Below the pieces are notes generated by a model, which worked only from the letters and a program-made list of their open reading frames with translations, made no database searches and was not told where the DNA came from. A stretch of DNA of 64,000 bases, taken from positions 59,212,001-59,276,000 of the forward strand of contig NW_024704742.1 of assembly GCF_018977255.1 (NCBI RefSeq), in the 5' to 3' direction. Positions 53,671-64,000 of the stretch are shown piece after piece; the first letter of the stretch is position 1; each line of letters opens with the position of its first letter. Origin of the DNA: Callorhinchus milii (lineage: Eukaryota). Made by a program: the position numbers and the translations under genes.

Positions 53671-54104
53671 AATCCTTGAGTACAACTACAGATTAGAAGT
53701 GTTGTATTTGTCATAGAATGTAGAGCTGGTTCTCAGCAAAAGCAAAAGAAACTACAATCGGTTAACTTCACTCATTATCATTCCCCAAAAAGTGGATAAG
53801 TATCTGCTCAAGAACAGTATGGGAGAATAAAAGGAAAGGTGCAGCCTGAAAAGGACAGACACTATTTACAACACAATGGTTTCCTTGTTGCTGGGTTAAG
53901 ACAGGGAGACGTTGCCTGTCAAAGGAAAGAGACCAGTTTTGGAGTTTGTGGATTGATTGAATATTCTGGAATTTTTCCTTGGATTCGTTGTGATTAGGAA
54001 GCAGAATGTTCCTCATGAGTTTATGGTTTGAAGTCAATGAAAGGGTATGTATTGAATAATTAGTGAAATTTGCAGATTTGATATTGTTTGGGGTAGGATG
54101 AGTG

Positions 54105-54560
54105 GTGGCATTTGGCATGCTTAAGAGTATCCAAACCAAACAACCTAGACATGGAAATTCCTGAGAAGTTTGTTGGAATGGAATGCCTATTCTCTCCCTC
54201 GAGGGATGTATCCTGCTTACCTAATTCCCGAGAATATCAGGTGCAAGTTGGCAAGACCCAAGGCTTGGGTAAATATCCAAACAGCTAAAAATTCATAGGT
54301 TGCTATTGAGAACACTGTTTGGTAAGCTTTCCCGCTGCTTCTACAGCTAGGACTACCCTGATCGTTAGGGCTTTGTCTTGCACAGTTAACAGGAGCTGAA
54401 AGGGAGCAGTCCCTGCCCCCAATGACTGGTCTGCCATGATATCCGATGAGCCAGACTGATTGTGATATCATCAGCAGTCCCCGGAATACTGTGGACCTGC
54501 GGACTACCAAGACCGCCACAGAGGGCTGGCTCGATTCTGGCATTCCATTGCAAAATGTGT
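54105..54560 (-). repeat. Copy of an unclassified old dispersed repeat
   Basis: Reverse complement aligns by eye with 11740-11990, 27890-28200, 51770-52050 and 61680-62180 (ccttggctcttgccaac, taggtaagcag, ggtttggatactcttaagcatg). Confidence 0.75.
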
Positions 54561-57039
54561 CACCTTGGCTCCGCTTACCTCCCATTCTCCCGCCCCCCGG
54601 GAACAATTGCAGGTTTCATGGTGAAAGTGGCGTTTTCTTGTTTTATGTGTTTTTCGAGGGTCCTCCAATGCACCTTAAGCCAAATTTCAGCATAGCATTT
54701 ACATCATTGCATCAGGTAATAATACAATAAAATTTACATTCATATAGTGCCAATAGGACAACTTAAGGTTCTTCACAGTGCTGACGGGCACCTGTGCTGC
54801 ATGGAAACAGAAAGATGACCGAAATCACAATTTTTTGAGATGTGTCTTGAAAGGGGAGGGAGGGAGCTGGTTAGACTCTGGGATGGAATATAGAAAGCAG
54901 GAGCAGAATGGCTGAAAGCTTGCCCACCAAGAGTAGGTCAGTTAGAGGGACATGAAGCAAGTATTTTCTCAAGCCAACCATTGTTGTGGACACTCAGTAT
55001 AACACAACTTCATGCTAAATTATTTAGTTTTATGCTGCAGACTCAAACTCACTCAACATTACAATGAGTGCTCAAACGCATTTCATTTATCATTTATATC
55101 AAGCAAGGAGAAGACTTTCATCACATCTGTTGCCTACATTCAAAATAAGGAACCAAGGGGTGAAAAGCTAGTGTTAATCAATCCAATCTAATTTCACAAC
55201 CTTTCAAATAAAGTACTCAGATGAGTGTAAGTTTTGTTTTCTAAATGCATAACCAAATACTGCACAAGCAGATGTGAAATCGATGGCTATATGTCTAAAA
55301 GATCAGTGTTGTCAGGATTTATACTTGTAAAGTATTGGTAATATTGTGAATAGTTCCTCATTATTTGTTGATGTGAAATTTTACAAGCAATATATTTCAT
55401 GTAATTACTGTTCAACGAATGCAGAAATGTACCCAACAATGTGCAGTGATGCAGCACACATACAGGACAAGCCATTGTGATGGCACAATCCTAAGAGTCA
55501 ATTGGGCTCCCGAGACCAGATGTCATACTGGTCTCAGGATCAGTTTCATATTGCATACTAATGAAAAACATTTACTAGAAATCATTGAGGACACTGTCGA
55601 AAAACTCATTGTCATTCATTAACAATAGTCAAGTTATCTAATTACAGGAGGAAAAATTGGCATATTAGAAACTAAAATGTTAAAGTACACTTTTCAGAAT
55701 CCAGTTTGTACCATCATGAAGACTGGAATAATGACTGGAATAAGTAATTATGAAGATAAAAGTATGATCTCAGATGAGTTTCTGAATAATCCCCGATTTT
55801 TGGCATCTTAAGATAATGTATGTGACATATTATGTAAAAGAGAATATTATTCCAAAATTCAAATATATTACAATATATAGCTTTCATTTCTGAATAATGT
55901 CTTGTTAGAAAGTATACCTTCAACCTCAAATATGGGGCATATTTCACTATTTAATAAATGATTTTGCTACACCTGTTTGCTAATAGTAAAACTACAGAAG
56001 GATTCTGTGTATAACAATTTAAATGTAATTTAGCAGGTTTCTGAATTATTTATTAATACGATGAACTTCACTCCATTGCCATTGTTGTCTTCTGATATAT
56101 TCAACTAAGCGCTGCCCAAAGGTACATAACTTACCTGTGGAGATAATACTTTAAACTTAAACGACTTGCATTTGATTTTAAGTTACATTTAATAGTCCCA
56201 ATACAGACACAGTGCCAGGTATGCAATTATAAGAGAAGTTGACCTGTTTTGACACAGAACAAATACACGACAACAGAAAAGGGAGGTCGAGTTTACAACT
56301 TCCAAGAAACACTGATATGTCGTTGTTATTTTCTAAGTTTCTACCAGTAACTCATAGCCCAGAAAATAAGATACAACATGTGAAAATAACATTAAGTCCT
56401 TGCTTTATGTCTCACTAATCACAAAAGTACCGCTTGCAATCAAAAGAACAACAGAACAGATCATGGTGACAAGTGCTAATGTAAGTATTAATCTGGAAGT
56501 CCAAAATAATCAATTAAAGTTCATATTTTAAAAGTAAAACACTCTTAGATTTCAGTTGTTTTCAGTCCGCAGAAAATAAAATTCATGATATTAAAAAGCA
56601 GAAACAAAATTGGCCTGATGGTGGTGGTTTTATTTTAAACAATGGGTACTAAGGTTGTGAAGCTCTATAAATTATAATTTTAATTTGTGTTATTAGCAGT
56701 ATTATGCTGCAGTCCACACTGCATGTGTTGGTGCTAAAATAGCAATTGCTGGAGTTTGCACAAAAGTATTTTGCTGGAAATTTTAAAAAGAAACAGGAAC
56801 TCAGCAAACATCCATACATTGAGTTCATGCATTTCTCGCCTTTTTAAATGAATCCCTGCCCCAAAATATAAAGAATACACAATTTTTAAAAAGTGTGAAT
56901 AAAGCATGTGGGAGGTTTCCCTGGCTTATTTCCAGCTACGTTTTGACCAATCCAGCCTTGCTGGTTTTTTATCCAGGTTGAAAGCTCCATCATTATTTCC
57001 ACTGATTTACATGTTTGAGCTTGTGATGGTGGACAAAAA

Positions 57040-57281
57040 GCAGTTTACTTAGCAGCAAGTAGGAACCCAGTTGTTAGTCGATCGGCGGATCGTTTCCGAG
57101 GGTAATAATAATTGGGTCACCCAATCCACAATTGTAAGACACTGCTGTGTGCAAGTGACTGCTGCATTTCGTCCACAAAATATACAGTCAATTCACTTTA
57201 CAGTATCTTCTGTGAAGTGCTTTGAGATGACTCAATCATGTGATATGGCACTATATTAAATGCAAGGATTATTATTATTAT
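57040..57281 (+). mobile_element. Young SINE, long variant, 5'-truncated
   Basis: gtttacttagcagcaagtaggaacccagttgttagtcgat block, standard body and (TAT)n tail. Confidence 0.75.
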
Positions 57282-60200
57282 CAGTTGCTCTGATGATTCC
57301 ACAAGCAGCACAATGATAATGAATCAGTTGACACCAGTGGGCTACTTTATCTTTCATTTTATGACTTGGAAATAATTGCTGAGAATTGAATATAGCCTCT
57401 TGTCACACCTCACCACTGTTTTTTAATTGTAACATAGGTGTGGTACACACATATCAAAAATACAACAAGCACCATCAAAAATTTGCAGTAAAATTTTATT
57501 TTGCCACTTTCAGGTAGAAAGGGTCTTAAAGCAGCCAAATTCTGAATATTTAAAGCAACATCAGCTGTTATTGTGGCTGATGTTATCTGATTAAAGTGTT
57601 GCTTTGTGTGCAAGAGGATTTTAGGATTCCTTGTGATTGTTACATCATCCCATTGAAAAACATTGATTGCCATCCAATAATGACTATTTATCAGTTATAT
57701 CACATCCTCTGGAATCAGATTTCAACTTGTCCTAAGGTAAAAGCTATAGAAGTTATCGTGCAGAAGCCAGCCATTCAGACCACCATGTCTGCACTGTCTC
57801 TTTCAAAGCACAATCTATTCAATTCATTTACCTGTTTTTTCTACATAATTTGCACTATTCCAAAATATGAATCCTCTAATAACCCGTGGCATATACACTC
57901 CTGACAAGATTATATCAGAGCAGAGTTTATGTGTGTTGGCAAGGCAGACCTCCAGATTAGCAAAACAAGTCCCCATTTGTGTGCTTAATGAGGAATCCAG
58001 TTAAATACGTGTTCAAGTAGTAGATTGCATGGGAGCAGAGATCCCATGGGTTGGAGTAATGTACTCTGGTTACTGGAAGACATTTGTGGGACTAAGAAAT
58101 TTTTCAAATCAGACCTCCTACTCACATTGTAGGAATTTCAGGCAGGAGTAGACCATTTGTTCATCAACGTAGCCGTCAAATTTTCTACGAGTTTCCTTCA
58201 ATGTATCTATGTCTGAATCTAATATTCCTGAATCCTTTTGGTTGACAGGAACTTGTCTGGTTTCTTTTTGAAATCCTTAGAAGTATCTTGTTCTACCTTC
58301 TGTGCTATTTATTTCACAAGCCTTATCACCCTTTTAACAAAAAAATCTGTCTGAAAGACCCCTCAAGTCAATCCCATGGGTGGTCCTTTTGGCTGGTTTT
58401 ACATTTCATGGATATGAAACAGCTGGCATAAATGTAATTATTTTCCATGGAAATGGCAACTCAATATTTTTTAAAACATGGTAGTAACACTTTTCGCCCC
58501 TTGGCTTTTTGAATAACTTATCCATTATGCTTTTGCAGTACCAAACATTAAAAGAAATATCTAAGTAGGAACTAATTGGAAGCAAACATTTTTAAACAGG
58601 AGCCAAATGTCAATGTATTAGCCAAGAGAATTGCAGAGTTTGTCAAATTTTTACCTAAGGGAATTGAATGTTTGACATTCACAATTGTTTGTTTCTGGAA
58701 ACTACATAAATAAAGTATGAAGGTTGTGCCTTTCATATACTCAACAGCTTTATCCACCCAAGTGGTTCAGGGAACTCCATTAATTAGGACAACAATTCAT
58801 TTTAGTGCAAAGCATTGTAGCCTGGTATAATAATTGCAAAAGTAGGTTACAATTTGAAATCAATTAAAATGTAAGTGTTTAACATTGTAAACCATTTCAT
58901 CAATATTCATTGAAGCTGCTCCACTTGTACCGCAGCCACCGGTGTACACTGCTACTTTTTTGATTATCAGAATTGAGACCGACTCCAGGCAGCCTAGACA
59001 AGCCCTTCAAACCTACAATTATAAAAACACAGAGCCTCTGACAAGGAACACCAGTAAGTCGGGGAAATAATTCACAAAAAGAACCTCGCAGATTTGCGGT
59101 TCCCACAGCCACTCCTTCCCTAGCGAGTGTGTGCATGCGCTTGTGTGTGGTTGGGATGGGGGGGAAGAGAAAATCTCTGGGCCTCCCGATGTTCTGGGTT
59201 TAATTATTTTCCTGTGCTCCCTCGGACTGACAATTATATTCATACCATATGCTTGTGTGGCACATGATCAGAAGAGAAGATTTCTTGGATAGTAATCAGG
59301 AAGTAGGCACTTTGAGCCCTTTTTTACTTCATCCTTCCAAAATACCAACCCTATTGTCTTTCAATAACACTATAAAGCTGTTTCTCAAATGAGAACAGTG
59401 ACCGAGTCTCAACAACTTCTAAACCCAATCCAGCTGTGTCCTACCCTCCCCCACCCCCATCCTTATGTAAACACGCATTTCCAGATTTCTTTACATTAAC
59501 TTGCTCTCACAACATTTTCAGATTGGCAGAGGGTACTTACAGGATCACGCTAGGTATTAGTGTTGCAATCTCTTCCAACAGCAACAACTTGCGGCGCCCA
59601 CACAGGGTAGCATCCCAAAGTGCCTTCAGTACTCTACTTATATTAATGGCCTGACCAAGAGTGAAACCCGTCCCATCCAAAGTGCTGCACTTCTCACAAT
59701 ACAGCGCTCCCTCCATGCTACAGTGGAATGGCAGCCTGGACTTGGTGCTCAAGTCCACAATCTTGTGGCCCAGCTACCAACTGAGCTGAACTAATAAATA
59801 ATAATATTTATATTTACTATAATGTCTTTCACATTGGGAGGACATCCCAATGTGCTTCAAACAATAAGCAAATGCAGTGACTGTGTTTCGTTGGCGATAG
59901 CTGAACTTATCTCAAACAGTATGGGAGCCTTCAGAGGCCTAAATTGGAACAGCTAACAGACAGGTTTTAAGGAATATCAACTAAACCAGACTGGTAAAAC
60001 TCATGACATGTGCCTACAGGGAGATATTATTTTAGCTAGAAACAAAACATAGTGAATGTTACAATTTAAGTTAAGATGGTTTGATTTTGTTCTGTTTGAT
60101 CTGAATTGTTTGATTCCATACATTCAAAAATGTTTTCTCCACTTATGCTTTGCCCTGAAAGCATCATATGAAAGCTTCTTAGCACCTGTTTAGGAGGATT

Positions 60201-60734
60201 AGCTTTGCTTGCAGTAGGTTTTGATGAAAGAACATTTCTAATTTGCCTGGGTAGGGAAGAGATTGTCCCTTTCTACAGTTGGCCAAAGATTCTGCAAGTT
60301 TATCCTTTAGAATATTATTAATTCTTATTTATTGTGAAGTTATCTTGGAGTGCTGCTTTTGCCTTTTAATTATCATAAATTTGCAAAACCAAATCCATAT
60401 GTATTTACACCTGTTTTGTGAGCATTTCATTCACAGATTGCTGTGCAGTTGTGAAATGTAAATGTTTAAACAAAAATTAAGACCACAGTGTATAATAATC
60501 TATAATTTATAAATATTGGTTAATGCTATCCTGAGTCCAAGTTTTGGAATCAAAGTGTAGCTTTATGCTAGCAAAGGAATTAAAAGTTTAAGTGTTCCTT
60601 GGTGGACTACCAAGACATTAAGCAATTTGTTTTTTCAGTACATCTCACCTCAACACCCCTGCAATCTTTCTCCCCACTTATCTATTAAACTAAGGTCAAC
60701 AACTCAAACATTTTGTGTGGCTGGCTCAGTTGAG

Positions 60735-61072
60735 AGCCTGGCTCAGTTGAGAGCACTCTTAACTCTGAGTCTGAAGGTTGTGGGTTCAAGCCCCACATCA
60801 GAACTTATAAAGCCTAGGTGGGTGACACTCTGCTGGAGGTGCACTGTTTTGTTGGAGATAATTTTCTCCTGGTGTCTTGGCCAGCAATTTCCAAATAGAA
60901 ATTGGTCATTCATTTCATGTTCGTTTGTGGGAGACTGCTGTGCGCAAATCAGCTGTTACGTCAATTACAAAATACACAGTTACTAGACTTTATATTATAT
61001 CCTGCGAAGAGTTTGGAGATGTCCTCCTGACATGAACAGTGCTGTACTGAATGTGAGGATTATTATTATTGT
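60735..61072 (+). mobile_element. Old SINE with tRNA head, internally deleted
   Basis: agcctggctcagttgagagcactc..ctgagtctgaaggttgtgggttcaagcccc; tail ggattattattatt. Confidence 0.7.
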
Positions 61073-61679
61073 TGCATTATACATACTGAAAATCTGGACT
61101 CTGTATTTGAATCTTAAAACTGCTGTACCAAGTAAACATGACTGTTACTTGTTAGCATGTCATTTCTCTCTCTCATTTATCCATTGTTCAGATAAAACTC
61201 TGCCAGTAACACTCAAGAATAACAGCATTGTTCTCCCAATGGTTTTTACAATTATTATACTGTACTTTAGAGAACTGTAACTTCATGTTGTTGAGTGAGA
61301 GAGGATACATGCTGGAGGACCAACATTTTATGAAAAATAAACTGCTGAGTATCAATGACCACATTCTTTATGAGTTAAGTTGTTTGCAATTCAAGTATAT
61401 TTTCTGCCACTTCCTTCAGTATTTGTAACAAAAGCAAACAAATTTGTTCAAATATTTTGACAAAGTGTTTGGCTGACTTTTCATTTCTTTGTCCTGTTAA
61501 ATGAGTGAAGCTGTCACATGACATCAAACCAACAAGCCATTGAAAAAACATTATTGATGTAACTCGGATCTTTATTACAAATTGGATTATAATAAGTTAA
61601 CTCAGTTGCAGTGTAGATACCATTAATTGTACAAACGTACAGCTGACTCGCTTGTTTCCCTCTTATCTGGGTCTTGATC

Positions 61680-62185
61680 CAAGCAGATCTGCAGTAATCC
61701 AAGGCAGTACTAGTGACAGACCCCCATGCATTTTCAGCAGGATATGGAGGCCAGACTTGCCTTGGGAGGGAGGGGGAGGTTTTCTTCCCACTCAGTTCCA
61801 GTTAAGCATATAAACCAAAGTCTCAAGTCCCATCGGATAGGATGGTCCTAACTGGACAAGCAGCAGGAAGCTTGCCAGACACTGCTTTCAAAAGCGTGAT
61901 TATGCGGTTTTAGTCGATTAAACTCCAGCAGTAACCCCAACAAACACTCTGGGGTCTCCAAGTCCGGCTCTTGCCAACTTGGCTCCAGTACTCTCTGGCA
62001 TTAGATAAACAAGATGTGTCCCTCCAGGGAGATAATATATCTCGATATCTATTCCAGTCCAACCACAGGGAAATGTCTATGTGTAGATGGCATACCATGT
62101 GGAATTCTCAATCTGGTTTTGGATAATCTTAAGCATGGTGAGAAATTTTCTTATGTTTCAGACAACTGGCTGACCCAAAAAAAAA
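61680..62185 (+). repeat. Copy of the unclassified old dispersed repeat
   Basis: ctggacaagcagcaggaagcttgccagacac..actccagcagtaacccc..gctcttgccaac..ttggataatcttaagcatggtg..ggctgacccaaaa. Confidence 0.75.
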
Positions 62186-62249
62186 AAACTTTATGAAAGT
62201 TCTTGCATCCACTTCAACTGAATTCAAAGTGATTTAACAGGTTTTCTTA

Positions 62250-62673
62250 GGTGTCAGTATGGCTCAATTGGTAGCATTTGTTTCTGAGTCAAAAGGTTGT
62301 AGTTTAAATGCCATGTATGTGGGATTTTGAGTTCATAGTCTAGACATTCAAATGTAGTTCTGGTGGAGCCCTATTGTCAGAGGTATTGTCCTTCAGGTGA
62401 GATGTTAAACCGAGGTCCCATCTGCCTGTTCAGGTGGACTTTAAGAATCATGGCACTATTTGAAAAGTGAAGGGAGTTGGCCTCAGTCCTGGCCAACAAT
62501 CCTCCATAAGAAAAATGGGTTTACTTCATGGTTGTTTGTGGCTTGTTGATGTGTGCTGAATGGCTGCTGCATTCACTTACAAATTCACATTTGCTACATG
62601 TTACTGAGATAAAACTGAAATCCAAATGAGACTGACATGATGTGATGCTACATCAAATGTAAGGATTATTACT
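62250..62673 (+). mobile_element. Near full-length old Deu-type SINE
   Basis: Head gtcagtatggctcaattggtagc, core gatgttaaaccgaggtcc..tgttcaggtggac..catggcactatttgaa, and tail. Confidence 0.8.
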
Positions 62674-64000
62674 ATAAAAACAAATCTCAGCCATGGTCTA
62701 ACCTTTCCAACAGAACTGGGTTTACTCTATGACCTGACTGGACTACATAAAATATCGTTCTATAGCACCTTAAGACTCAGGTGTATAAAATCAACAGTCT
62801 GGTCTTAAACTGTTCTCGTACATTTGTTTCGCCATTAAAATGTGCAGGGGACTTTACCTGCACAAGTTTTGCCTTGAAACAAATCTTTCCATTAAACAGG
62901 GTGTCAATCAATGGGGTGCCCATTAACTGGTGTACACTGTACTCTATGCAACTCAGCAAAGCTTTGTAGCTTCCTTTGTAGATTCCAGTGCTCTCAGGGC
63001 TAGATTTTCAGCATGATGCAAGCACATTGATGCTGTGTATCTCAGCCAAATTTGTTTCTCTCAGTAGAGGTAACTTTAAGAAGATAACATTTGCAGTATG
63101 TGGAATTGGGGTGAGGGAGGAGCCTAGTCCAAAATAAAAGCATCTCGAATTTATTGCACCAAAGGAACAAACAAAAAGGACTTGCTGCAAATCGCACCAG
63201 CTGAGAGCAACGAGGCAGTATCAATGAGAAGCTAAGCCTGAATTGTAGCTCTTAAAAAATATATAATGAGTGAACTCCAGTCCCGCGCACAACAGGAGTC
63301 CACATAAAACATTTTCCTTTTCATGTTGTGTAGCTCAATTTTTATTAGATGTTTAACTCTTCAAATAACATCGCCAGCTACTGTGAAAGGAAAGATGCTA
63401 AGCTTCCTTACCGCCCCTGCTTGTCTTTGTGAAGTGAATGACCAGTTTTACCTAGGGAATTGTCCTGGCTCACAATCACCCAGATAAAATTGATTATTCA
63501 CTTCAGGGCTGAAAGTGGGGCAACGCTGTAAGCAAATTGGTTGCTACATTCGGTTACAAAATGTACAGTAGTTACTCTAGTAAAATACTTTGGGATATTC
63601 TCCCAATATGAAAGGTGCTATATGAAATGCAAATATTACTATCGTTCAGGTCTTTAAATTATGAAGCTTCTCTTATAACCTTATCATCTCTGGTAGTGTC
63701 CTTCATCTGGCCTAGTATGCTCAATGAAAGAGCAAGGTAAGCTAATGCTAGCATAGTGACATTTTGCTGCTTTCTACTCCCTTCACGTGCAATAATTGAA
63801 CAGAGACCAGTCTGACTTCGAAATGTTTGACGAGTTGATTTTTTGGGGCAGTTTGAAAATAATTAATTGTTTTGAATCCAACTGGCAAACCGAACAGATA
63901 TCCTGCAGCACTTGAAAAAGAGCACGCCCTGCTCTGTGAAACCCCCCCCAAATCAAAATATATTGACACATGTTGACAACAGCAACAACTTGCATTTATA

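Noticed and set aside
54579..54620. Short minus-strand first exon MKPAIVPGGRENG with gtaagc donor
   Set aside because: It abuts a copy of the old dispersed repeat and has no other support.

Overview
AT-rich vertebrate non-coding DNA (intronic or intergenic), most likely a cartilaginous fish. That assignment is inferred from the shark-type CR1 tail, the Penelope element and the SINE/L2 families; a holocephalan is plausible but unproven. No host protein-coding gene can be identified with confidence. The long ORFs in the track are retrotransposon reverse transcriptases or their antisense/shadow frames. Contents: a Penelope-like element (GIY-YIG, hammerhead-ribozyme core) split by a CR1 LINE; about seven L2-type LINE RT copies, two of them near-identical, inverted and sharing the same ORF-breaking indels; two tRNA-derived SINE families sharing the L2 3' tail, often nested; an isolated RTE/RTEX-type RT fragment; an unclassified old dispersed repeat with a fold-back locus at 52.9-53.7 kb; a 13-bp minisatellite; and several low-confidence candidate exons on both strands. 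Repeat boundaries were read by eye and are approximate.
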